Assembly (NCBI GenBank): GCA_021404785.1
Contig: QWHH01000001.1
Span: forward strand, 156,760-220,759
Direction: 5' to 3'
DNA: 64,000 nucleotides
Origin: Lysobacterales bacterium PRO7
GTDB lineage: Bacteria > Pseudomonadota > Gammaproteobacteria > Xanthomonadales > Rhodanobacteraceae
The notes below the pieces were generated by a model. It had not been told where the DNA came from, did not search any database, and saw nothing but the letters and a program-made list of their open reading frames with translations. The position numbers and the translations under genes are program-made. This document shows positions 1 through 8,147 of this stretch, piece after piece (within the stretch, counting starts at the first letter, position 1; every line of letters starts with the position of its first letter).

Positions 1-1370
1 TCTCCAAGCGCGTGTCCGCACTGATCAAGGAAAGGTTTCCTGAAGTCGACACGACGCTGGCGATGATTGGGCGCGCCGAAAAGGGCGAGACCGCCGACGT
101 CAACTACATGGAGATCTACACGCCGCTCAAACCCAAGGCGCAATGGCGCAAAGGGCAAACGCTGAAAGGCATTGAGGAGGCCATGCAGAAGGATCTGGCC
201 GACGCGTTGCCGACGGCGGTTGTGAGCTATACCCAGCCGATCCAGATGCGCATCGAGGAGCTGATTTCCGGCGTACGCGCGACGTTGGCGCTGAAGATTT
301 ACGGCGACGATCTGGGCGAGCTGGATCGCTTAAGCGGTCGCATCAAGAATGTCCTGGCCGGGGTGCCTGGCGTGGCGGATCTCGCGCTGGAGGCGAACAT
401 CGGCAAGCCGCAGGTGCGCATCAAGGTCGATCGCGATGCAGTCGCGCGCTACGGCCTCAATGCGGACGATGTGCTGACTGTGGTTAAAAATGGCATCGGC
501 GGCGAGCCTGTCACGTCCTTGCTGGACGGCGTCAAGCGCTTCGACATCGCCGTGCGTCTGGATGACGCGGACAAGGGCTCGTTCGCTGCGATCGGACGCA
601 TACCGATCCGCACGCCGAGCGGCGCGATCGTGCGCCTGGCGCAGGTCGCACAGATCAGCGACGCCGAAGGCTATTCCTTCATCCGGCGCGAACAGCTGCA
701 GCGCTACGCCGTGATCCAGATGGACGTGCGCGGCCGCGATATCGACGGGTTCGTCAGGGATGCGAATGCGGCGCTCGCGCAGAAGATCAAGCTGCCGACC
801 GGCTACTACACCGAGTGGGGCGGCGCGTTCGAGAATCAGCAGCGTGCACTGAAACGCCTCTCGTTGATTGTGCCGGCGACGATCTTCTTCATCTTCGTAC
901 TGCTGTACACCGCATTCAATTCGGTCAAGTACGCGGCGCTGATCCTGGCCAACGTCCCGTTTGCGACGATCGGCGGCATAGTCGGCCTCGCAATCACAGG
1001 GCAATATCTCTCGGTACCGTCTGCCATCGGCTTCATCGCCGTATTCGGCGTGGCGATGTTGAACGGCATCGTGCTGGTGAGCTTTTTGAATGAACAGCGT
1101 GGCAAAGGTCTATCAGTGCGCGATGCGGTGCTCAGCGGCACGGCGCTGCGCATGCGCCCGGTGCTGATGACGGCGAGCGTGGCGATTCTCGGCCTCGTGC
1201 CGATGCTGCTGTCGAGCGGCGTCGGCGCTGAAACGCAGCGGCCGCTCGCAACCGTCGTCGTGGGTGGCCTGATTACTTCCACCTTGCTTACGCTGGTGCT
1301 GTTGCCGGTGCTTTACGATTGGATCGAACAGCGCGCGGCAAAACAACTATCCGATGAGGGGGCGCCATGA
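1..1370 (+). CDS. CusA/CzcA family heavy-metal efflux RND permease, 5'-truncated by the window edge
   Basis: Frame is open to the window start; RND motifs SYTQPIQMRIEELISG, GFIAVFGVAMLNGIVLV, RMRPVLMTA, GAETQRPLATVVVGG. Confidence 0.95.
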   Translation, partial: SKRVSALIKERFPEVDTTLAMIGRAEKGETADVNYMEIYTPLKPKAQWRKGQTLKGIEEAMQKDLADALPTAVVSYTQPIQMRIEELISGVRATLALKIYGDDLGELDRLSGRIKNVLAGVPGVADLALEANIGKPQVRIKVDRDAVARYGLNADDVLTVVKNGIGGEPVTSLLDGVKRFDIAVRLDDADKGSFAAIGRIPIRTPSGAIVRLAQVAQISDAEGYSFIRREQLQRYAVIQMDVRGRDIDGFVRDANAALAQKIKLPTGYYTEWGGAFENQQRALKRLSLIVPATIFFIFVLLYTAFNSVKYAALILANVPFATIGGIVGLAITGQYLSVPSAIGFIAVFGVAMLNGIVLVSFLNEQRGKGLSVRDAVLSGTALRMRPVLMTASVAILGLVPMLLSSGVGAETQRPLATVVVGGLITSTLLTLVLLPVLYDWIEQRAAKQLSDEGAP

Positions 1371-1693
1371 AAGAGGTCAAGGCTTACGTGCATCGCGGCC
1401 GCATTGCGGACATCGTGCAGGAGCTGGAGGCGGCAGGCTTCCGGCACCTGTCCGTCGTTGACGTCAAAGGTTTTCTGCGCGCGCTGAGCGATCTGGAACA
1501 GAACTATTCGATCGAACTCGGTGAACGCATTATCAATCAGGCGAAGCTCGAAGTGTTCTGTGAAGACGACCAAGTGGAGCGCGCGGTGCAAATCATCCGG
1601 CAATTCGGGCGCACCGGCCAGAACCTCGCCGGCTGGGTGTACGAAAGCACGGTGGACCACGTCTGGCCCATCGATCGCTCCTCGGGAACGTGA
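1367..1693 (+). CDS. P-II family protein (czcA-associated type)
   Basis: MKEVKAYVHRGRIADIVQELEAAG...KLEVFCEDDQVERAVQII; ATGA overlap with the RND gene. Confidence 0.85.
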   Translation: MKEVKAYVHRGRIADIVQELEAAGFRHLSVVDVKGFLRALSDLEQNYSIELGERIINQAKLEVFCEDDQVERAVQIIRQFGRTGQNLAGWVYESTVDHVWPIDRSSGT

Positions 1694-1773
1694 ATCACGC
1701 GCGGGCGCCGCGTGTGTGATGTCATAACACCGGCGCGACCGCGTATCCTCGGAGACTCCAGCGGAGAAAACAC

Positions 1774-2733
1774 ATGAGTGCGCATTCGCACGATCATGCT
1801 CACGAGGACCACGGCCATGACGATCACGGCCACGGCCACGGAGTCTCGCGTGATGCGGACAAACGCTATCTCGTGCTCGCGCTGTTGCTGCTGGCGGCCT
1901 TCATGGTGGTGGAAGTCGTCGTCGGAATTCTCGCCAAGTCGCTGGCCCTGATCTCCGATGCCGGCCACATGCTTACCGATGTCGGTTCCATCGGGCTGGC
2001 GCTCGTCGCCATGCATCTGGCGGCGCGGCCGGCCAGCGGCAGCTTCACGTATGGACTCAAGCGCGTGGAAATCCTGAGTGCGCAGGCAAACGGGCTGACG
2101 CTGGTGTTGCTGGCGGTATGGTTCGTGATTGAGGCCATTCTGCGCCTGATCCATCCGCCGGCCGTCGAAGGGTTTTTGGTCATGGTCATCGCGGTCATAG
2201 GCATTGCAGTCAACCTCGTTGCGGTCTGGGTGATGAGCAAGGCGAATCGGCAAAGCCTCAACGTCGAAGGCAGCTTCCAGCACATTTTGACGGATCTGTA
2301 CGCCTTCATCGCCACGGCGATCGCCGGCGCCATCATCTGGCGGACAGGCTGGAATCGCGTCGATTCGATCGCCGCACTCATCGTCGCCGGCCTGATGCTC
2401 AAGGCCGGCATTGAACTCGTGCGCGAGTCCGGCCGCATTTTTCTCGAAGCGGCACCGCGTGGACTCGATTCAGTCGCCGTCTCCGATGCGATCCGCGGCA
2501 TACCCTCGGTGACACGCCTGGATGAATTTCATTTGTGGGAAGTCACTTCCGGGATGCCGGCACTTTCAGCGCACGTGTACGTGGATCACACCGTCGACTG
2601 CCACGATGTTCGCCGGACTGTGGAGAGCATGCTGCACGAACGATTTTCGATAACCCACACGACCCTGCAGACGGACCACGCCGCCGCCGGTCAAGCAGCG
2701 GCGCCATGCGCGTTTGAATCTCACGGGCATTGA
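1774..2733 (+). CDS. czcD: Cation diffusion facilitator (CzcD/ZitB-like)
   Basis: His-rich N-terminus, SLALISDAGHMLTD, SFTYGLKRVEILSA, HLWEVT, HTTLQTD. Confidence 0.92.
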   Translation: MSAHSHDHAHEDHGHDDHGHGHGVSRDADKRYLVLALLLLAAFMVVEVVVGILAKSLALISDAGHMLTDVGSIGLALVAMHLAARPASGSFTYGLKRVEILSAQANGLTLVLLAVWFVIEAILRLIHPPAVEGFLVMVIAVIGIAVNLVAVWVMSKANRQSLNVEGSFQHILTDLYAFIATAIAGAIIWRTGWNRVDSIAALIVAGLMLKAGIELVRESGRIFLEAAPRGLDSVAVSDAIRGIPSVTRLDEFHLWEVTSGMPALSAHVYVDHTVDCHDVRRTVESMLHERFSITHTTLQTDHAAAGQAAAPCAFESHGH

Positions 2734-2810
2734 TCACGGTGATTCCCGTCTACCGGCGGCAAGCCCCGACATGACCGAAGTCTCGCGTCACGATTATTGC
2801 GGAGAACGAC

Positions 2811-3401
2811 ATGAGTTGTGACTGCGCACAGGCAACGGCGAAGACGGAAGCAGAACGCAAGACACTGCGAATTGCACTGTCGCTGAACACGACAATGTTC
2901 GTGGTCGGCATCACCGCCGGTTGGCTCGCGCAATCGACCGGCCTGATGGCTGATGCGCTCGACATGCTGACCGATGCGGTCGCTTATGCACTAGCTCTCA
3001 TGGCGATCTCGCGCGGGCCGGATTTCAAGAGGAATGCGGCGCGCTGGACTGGCGGTGTTCTGGTCCTGCTCGGCACAGGCATCGTTGCCGAAGTGGTGCG
3101 ACGATGGTTCCACGGCAGCGAACCGGTTGGCCTGGTGATGATGGCGTACTCCGCAGTGTCGTTCGGCGTGAACCTGTTCGTACTCACGCAACTCGCGAAA
3201 TACCGTCAGGGCCAAGTTCATATCAACGCAACCTACATATGCACGCGCGCCGACGTGATTGCCAATATCGGCGTGTTTGTGTCCGGCACTATCGTTACGC
3301 TCACCGGATTGCGCGTCGTGGATCTGGTCGCCGGATTCGCGATTGGCCTGTACGTCGTCAAGGAGGCCATCGAAATCCTACGTGAGGCGGCCGAGGAGTA
3401 G
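2811..3401 (+). CDS. Short CDF-family cation transporter (no cytosolic C-terminal domain)
   Basis: MSCDC N-terminus, STGLMADALDMLTDA, CTRADVIANIGV, six hydrophobic segments. Confidence 0.85.
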   Translation: MSCDCAQATAKTEAERKTLRIALSLNTTMFVVGITAGWLAQSTGLMADALDMLTDAVAYALALMAISRGPDFKRNAARWTGGVLVLLGTGIVAEVVRRWFHGSEPVGLVMMAYSAVSFGVNLFVLTQLAKYRQGQVHINATYICTRADVIANIGVFVSGTIVTLTGLRVVDLVAGFAIGLYVVKEAIEILREAAEE

Positions 3402-3409
3402 TGGTTTTG

Positions 3410-3457
3410 GTCGTGCTGCGCCTGTTCGAACCGAAGGAAGACGCAGCTCAGGAATAA
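3410..3457 (+). pseudogene. 3' remnant of a paralogue of the 75-aa gene at 19178-19405
   Basis: Reads VVLRLFEPKEDAAQE* versus VVLRLYEPKEDAPQE* at 19358-19405; followed by the same terminator. Confidence 0.85.
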
Positions 3458-3474
3458 CCCTGCGGTTTCCGGCA

Positions 3475-3503
3475 ACCGGCGCCCTCGCGGCGCCGGTTTT
3501 TTT
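3475..3503 (+). terminator. Rho-independent terminator, identical to 19425-19453
   Basis: ACCGGCGCC-CTCGC-GGCGCCGG-T7. Confidence 0.85.
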
Positions 3504-3691
3504 ATGGCAGCGAATTCAAGATCAAATGCAGTGAGGCGGTCTTGCTGTTTCCTTCACCGTATCACGGCGTTCTCGTCGTCAAGGGCTGCGCGCGCCATGC
3601 GCGCTTGCATTGTCTTCGACCCCTGACGACATGCGCTGCGCCGTGCTGACGCCGGTTCCGGGCAATTCCGCCTGAGCAACCGGAGGACATC

Positions 3692-4081
3692 ATGAAATCG
3701 CACGTTTCGCTGGAACAGAACGTCTGCGTGATTTGTGGCACCACATTCGATACCGGATCCATTCTTCTCGACAAACGCCTGCGCGCGAGCATGGAGCGCC
3801 ACACGACGACAGGTTGGGGCTTGTGCCCCGAACACCAGAAATTGTCCGATGACGGGTTTGTTGCTTTGGTCGAGTGCGATCCGCAGCGCAGCGGCTCGAC
3901 GTCAAATGCTGCTCGCATGAGGCCCGAACACGCGTATCGAACGGGCCGGCTGGCCCATCTCAAACGCGATGTGTGCACCAAGGTGTTCAACGTTGCGATT
4001 GCGGCCGACCAGTCGTGTGTATTCGTCGAACCCGGGGTCATCGAGCGGCTCCAGAAGATGGTTCAGCCAGCGTCGGCTTGA
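3692..4081 (+). CDS. Conserved ICE hypothetical protein with CxxC...CxxH putative zinc site
   Basis: RBS ggagg; VCVICG...WGLCPEH; resembles small proteins I recall from Tn4371-like backbones. Confidence 0.75.
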   Translation: MKSHVSLEQNVCVICGTTFDTGSILLDKRLRASMERHTTTGWGLCPEHQKLSDDGFVALVECDPQRSGSTSNAARMRPEHAYRTGRLAHLKRDVCTKVFNVAIAADQSCVFVEPGVIERLQKMVQPASA

Positions 4082-4398
4082 TGGCTCGGCCTTGTGCGCT
4101 GCATCCGTTCATCGCGGATGCGGCGCACTTTTTTTGCAAGTTATGGCGTGCTGGTGCACACCGAAAAGCGCAGATCAAGATCGCCGCTTCGTTCGGCTTT
4201 TCCGGTCAAGGGCCGCTCGGCCCCCGTGTCGTCGCTTCGCTCCAGCCCGCGCCAGGGCCTCGCTGCTCACTTCGTTCGCCTTCCTTGACCGCGCCTCGCT
4301 GCGCGGCTGTGGGCGGCCATGGCCGCGATGGGACATCGCGGCCGCATTCGGCCGAGATACCACGAAGGGCATAAGCCCACAACAACGGAGGAAAGGTA

Positions 4399-4803
4399 AT
4401 GAACGAAGTAATCGAAAGCGGCCCGTTCGCGGGCTTCGAGGTGGTTCACCGCTACACGCGCGCGCAGGCCATCGACGATGGCGTGCTGGTGGACGTGACG
4501 ACGCAGGCCAAGGGGTGCGGGTTTCGCATTCCGGTCGCCATGACCTCGGCGCTGTTCAACGACTGCTGGAAATGGGCGGAAGCCGTGGCGCAGGGCGATG
4601 AGGAACCGAGCGGCGAGCGTTTTGTGAATTGGGTGCTGCGTTTCGCATGCGAAACGATCCGGGCGTCCAAGCAGACCGGCACGGATCGGCTGCCGCTGAC
4701 GTTGAGCTATTTCGCGGGCTACCCCGTACAGGCGTTCGTCCACATCGGCCCCGGCGATACGAGAGAGCCAGTCGCAACGCTCATGTACCCCGGCGAAGAA
4801 TGA
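4399..4803 (+). CDS. DUF6573-like mobile-element protein
   Basis: RBS ggagga; motif HRYTRAQAIDDGVLVDVT; C-terminal GDTREPVATLMYPGE. Confidence 0.7.
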   Translation: MNEVIESGPFAGFEVVHRYTRAQAIDDGVLVDVTTQAKGCGFRIPVAMTSALFNDCWKWAEAVAQGDEEPSGERFVNWVLRFACETIRASKQTGTDRLPLTLSYFAGYPVQAFVHIGPGDTREPVATLMYPGEE

Positions 4804-4830
4804 ACCCACATATATATAAGGAGAAATCCC

Positions 4831-6681
4831 ATGAACATCAATATCGTTGGCACCATCCAGTCCATCCCCGTAGCTTCCCTCATCCTGTCGTCGCGCAATG
4901 CCCGCAAGACCGGAGGCCAGTCCGTCGAGGACTTGGCCGCTTCCATAGGCGCACAGGGACTGATCCAGAACCTCACCGTAACGCCGGCAGAGGGCAAGGA
5001 TAAGTTCGAGGTGGTGGCCGGTGGCCGTAGGTGGCGCGCATTGCGCCACCTCATCAAGACCAAAGCCTTGCCGAAGGATCACGAAGTTCCGTGCAAGATC
5101 GTCTGCGCCGAAGAAGCGGCGCAAATCAGTCTGGCTGAGAACATCATCCGGCAGGCCATGCACCCCGCCGACCAGTTCGAGGCGTTCAAGGCGCTGGTAG
5201 ACGATGGCATGCCCATCGAGGACGTGGCGGCCCGGTTTGGCGTGACCCCGCTGGTGGTGCAGCAACGGCTAAAACTGGCAAACGTCTCGCCGGTGTTGGT
5301 CGCCGAGTTCCGCGAGGGCGAAATCACCCTTGAGCAGATGATGGCGCTGGCGGTGACCGACGACCATGCGGCGCAGGAACGGGTGTGGGAAGCCGCCCCC
5401 AATGCTTGGCAGCGCACACCGAGCGAGTTGCGCGGGGCGTTGCTCGAATCCGACATCGACGCCAATCACGACCGGCGTGCGAAATACATCGGCATCGAAG
5501 CCTACGAGAAGGCGGGCGGCGTGGTGCGGCGCGATCTGTTCTCGGAAGCCGTGTATTTTGCCGATGCGGAATTGCTCAACCGGCTAGTGGACGAAAAGCT
5601 CCAGCGTGCGGCGGAGCGCGTGCGCCGGGAAGGATGGGGTTGGGTCGAATGCCGCACGCAATACGACTATGCCGAACTGCACCAATACGGACGGCTTGCG
5701 CCGACGCGGCGGGAGGCGACCAAGAAGGAGCAAGCCTTGCTCGACAAGCTGGACGAGCAGGAAGCCAAGTTGCAACAGGACGGCGAAGCGGAAGGCGCAA
5801 CGGACGAACGGCTTGAAGAAATCGGCGAAGCGCTCGATGCGCTTGCCGAGAAGCGCGAGGCCATCGAAGAAGCCCGACTCGTGGACGACCCACAGGCGCG
5901 CGCGAATGCCGGCGCGTTTGTGGTGCTCGACCATGACGGCAAGGTGCGGATCGAGCGCGGGCTTGTGCAGCGAAGCCAGAAAGCGCCAGGGCATGAGCCG
6001 CAGGAAGCGGCGGGCGAGGTGAAGAAAAAACCCAAGCCGGAATTTTCCGATGCGCTGACGCGCCGCTTGACCGCCGAACGCACGCTGGCGTTGCGGGCCG
6101 TGCTGGCGGCGCAGCCCGAACATGCGCTGACCGCTCTCGTTCATGCGCTGGTGCTGAAGGAGTTCTACAACGACAGGCACCCCGTGATCTGCATCACCGT
6201 CCGGGACGAATGCCATTTGCAGCGTTCGGGCATCGACGTGGACAAGACCAAGGCCGCGCAGGCGTTGCATGTCCTGCGCGCTGAATTGCAGGAAGCCTTG
6301 CCTGCGGATGATGCCGACCTGTGGAACTGGATCACCGCGCAGGATCAGGCGACGCAGTTGCGTTATCTCGCCTACTGCATCGTGCCGAGCGTGAATGCCA
6401 TGCAGGATCGCGCGACGGTGTCGCACACGACGTCGGCGCAGCCTGTTGAAGCCGTGCAGGCGCTCGCGGCCTTGCTCGGACTGGACATGGCCGACTGGTG
6501 GGAGGCGACGGCAGAAAACTTTTTTGGCTCGGTGTCGAAGGCCAAGCTCGCCGAAGCCGTGCGGGAAGTCAAAGGCGACTCGACCGCTGCGGCATTGGAC
6601 GGCATGAAGAAAGCCGGTGCCGTTACGGCGGCTGCTGCGGCGCTCGAAGGCACGCGCTGGTTGCCGACCCTGTTGCGTTGA
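4831..6681 (+). CDS. Long ParB/RepB/Spo0J-family protein (leading-region type)
   Basis: RBS aaggag; GLIQNLTV, AGGRRWRAL, SLAENIIRQAMHPADQFEAF; 616 aa. Confidence 0.92.
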   Translation: MNINIVGTIQSIPVASLILSSRNARKTGGQSVEDLAASIGAQGLIQNLTVTPAEGKDKFEVVAGGRRWRALRHLIKTKALPKDHEVPCKIVCAEEAAQISLAENIIRQAMHPADQFEAFKALVDDGMPIEDVAARFGVTPLVVQQRLKLANVSPVLVAEFREGEITLEQMMALAVTDDHAAQERVWEAAPNAWQRTPSELRGALLESDIDANHDRRAKYIGIEAYEKAGGVVRRDLFSEAVYFADAELLNRLVDEKLQRAAERVRREGWGWVECRTQYDYAELHQYGRLAPTRREATKKEQALLDKLDEQEAKLQQDGEAEGATDERLEEIGEALDALAEKREAIEEARLVDDPQARANAGAFVVLDHDGKVRIERGLVQRSQKAPGHEPQEAAGEVKKKPKPEFSDALTRRLTAERTLALRAVLAAQPEHALTALVHALVLKEFYNDRHPVICITVRDECHLQRSGIDVDKTKAAQALHVLRAELQEALPADDADLWNWITAQDQATQLRYLAYCIVPSVNAMQDRATVSHTTSAQPVEAVQALAALLGLDMADWWEATAENFFGSVSKAKLAEAVREVKGDSTAAALDGMKKAGAVTAAAAALEGTRWLPTLLR

Positions 6682-6694
6682 TGTTCCTCCGTTT

Positions 6695-6721
6695 GAGGGG
6701 CCGCAAGGCCCCTCTTTTTTT
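6695..6721 (+). terminator. Rho-independent terminator
   Basis: GAGGGGCC-GCAA-GGCCCCTC-T run directly after the ParB-like stop. Confidence 0.9.
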
Positions 6722-6812
6722 GGAATGGCAACTGAATAGTGTGCGCGCATCGCTCGGCACCGATGGGGCAACCGTGTTAAAAGTTGCGCCCCTTTCCGAT
6801 GGAGTGTGCAGG

Positions 6813-7082
6813 ATGGATAAGCGAAGTATTGCGTTGATCGCGGCGGCGGGTGGACTTGTTGTCGGAGTCGTCGGCTCCAGTGTGTTGCATCACGCGCAGG
6901 CGGCGGCTCCCGCGAACATGGTGTGCATGACGGACGATCCGGTGCAGGACGCGAAGGTGGATGCGATCGTCAAACAGCTGCACGCGCACGATAACGACAA
7001 GTACATACCGCAGAAGGTGTACCCGATCGGCGAGTTGCCAAAGCCGCCACCGCCCGCTCCAAAGAAAGATTCCGCGCAGTAA
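6813..7082 (+). CDS. Small exported or membrane-anchored hypothetical protein (89 aa)
   Basis: MDKRSIALIAAAGGLVVGVVGSSVLHHAQA signal-like N-terminus; Pro-rich tail. Confidence 0.6.
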   Translation: MDKRSIALIAAAGGLVVGVVGSSVLHHAQAAAPANMVCMTDDPVQDAKVDAIVKQLHAHDNDKYIPQKVYPIGELPKPPPPAPKKDSAQ

Positions 7083-7204
7083 GTGAGCAGGGCCAGCAAT
7101 CGTGTCGTGTGTGGCATCGCACACGACGGCGTTACCGGCAGGACGAGGCCGTCCTGCACCAAGGGGAGAATTGCATATCTCCCCTTGAACCCCATCGCAT
7201 CAAA

Positions 7205-7570
7205 TTATGCGCGACGCTTGGTTGGTCGAAGGTGCTGACACAATTTTTGTGCGACATCCATAACGACCAATCGATCCGCCTCATGCAGATCGCTTAGCGA
7301 CAACGAAAGGGCAAGTGCTTGGTCGTCTGCACGAACAGAGCTTGCCGTCAAAAGTTCCGCCAAGGGGACTCGCAGAATTTGGGCGAGTGCATCAAGGGTT
7401 TTGAGCGATGCTGCGGCTGTTCCGCGTTCATATCGAGAAATTGTTTCCGTGGCGACGCCGATTTTTTCGGCGAGGTCGGCCTGCGTCCAGCTTCGCTTGT
7501 TACGCAATACAGCGAGATTCTGTCCAAGCTGTTTCGCGAACGCTGACCACTTGCTATCCCGAGATGCCAT
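7205..7570 (-). CDS. XRE-family helix-turn-helix regulator
   Basis: LRNKRSWTQADLAEKIGVATETISRYERG...SLKTLDALAQIL; start placed at the internal ATG 7570. Confidence 0.9.
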   Translation of the reverse strand: MASRDSKWSAFAKQLGQNLAVLRNKRSWTQADLAEKIGVATETISRYERGTAAASLKTLDALAQILRVPLAELLTASSVRADDQALALSLSLSDLHEADRLVVMDVAQKLCQHLRPTKRRA

Positions 7571-8075
7571 AGCTGCTGTCCTGAAGGGCAACGGCCATCG
7601 TTGTGCAGCGGCATAGCGACGCACAGGATATAATTTGTTGATAGACAACATTTCATGTTGTATTGTGCGTTCGCTCGAATACTCGAGCACGTCACCCAGA
7701 AGCTAGCGAAACTCGTGTCTCACGGTTACAGCATTACTTTTGCCTGTATCCAACAGGATGCAGTGACATCGCCCGCACTCCGCGCTGGCAGCCATGCCGC
7801 TGCGAAAGCACTCTCGGCATTCGACGCGGTGATGATGCAGCGCTTGCAGCCGCTCGCCGCACGTCCGCGCAGTGAACTCGCCGGCGCCGATTATCTGGAT
7901 GCGAGCGTGCTGGACTACGCCTTGGCCAAGGCGCTGGAGGCCGCGTTTCCGGAAAGCGGTGGTGAGCCGCCGGCACCGCTGGCGCGCGAATCTTTTATAT
8001 TGTGCATTACTGATGTGAATTCCAGCTCAGTTGTCGGGGTTTCTCCAGTAAATGCCGAGCGTGTTGGATGATGGT

Positions 8076-8099
8076 GTACCTGTAAATATTTACAGGTAC
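8076..8099. promoter_or_regulatory. Perfect 24-bp palindrome, lux-box-like (also fits the CTGT-N8-ACAG LexA pattern)
   Basis: GTACCTGTAAATATTTACAGGTAC; core 8078-8097 matches the V. fischeri lux box ACCTGTAGGATCGTACAGGT at 14/20; candidate -10 TAATCT at 8119-8124. Confidence 0.75.
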
Positions 8100-8147
8100 G
8101 CTGATTCGAGGGAGTGGGTAATCTGAACCATCGTTGAGGGGAAACCA

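Noticed and set aside
7655-8071. 138-aa ORF between the XRE gene and rhs
   Set aside because: No clear RBS or family motif and overlaps likely promoter DNA; cannot be supported, though a shorter real gene is not excluded
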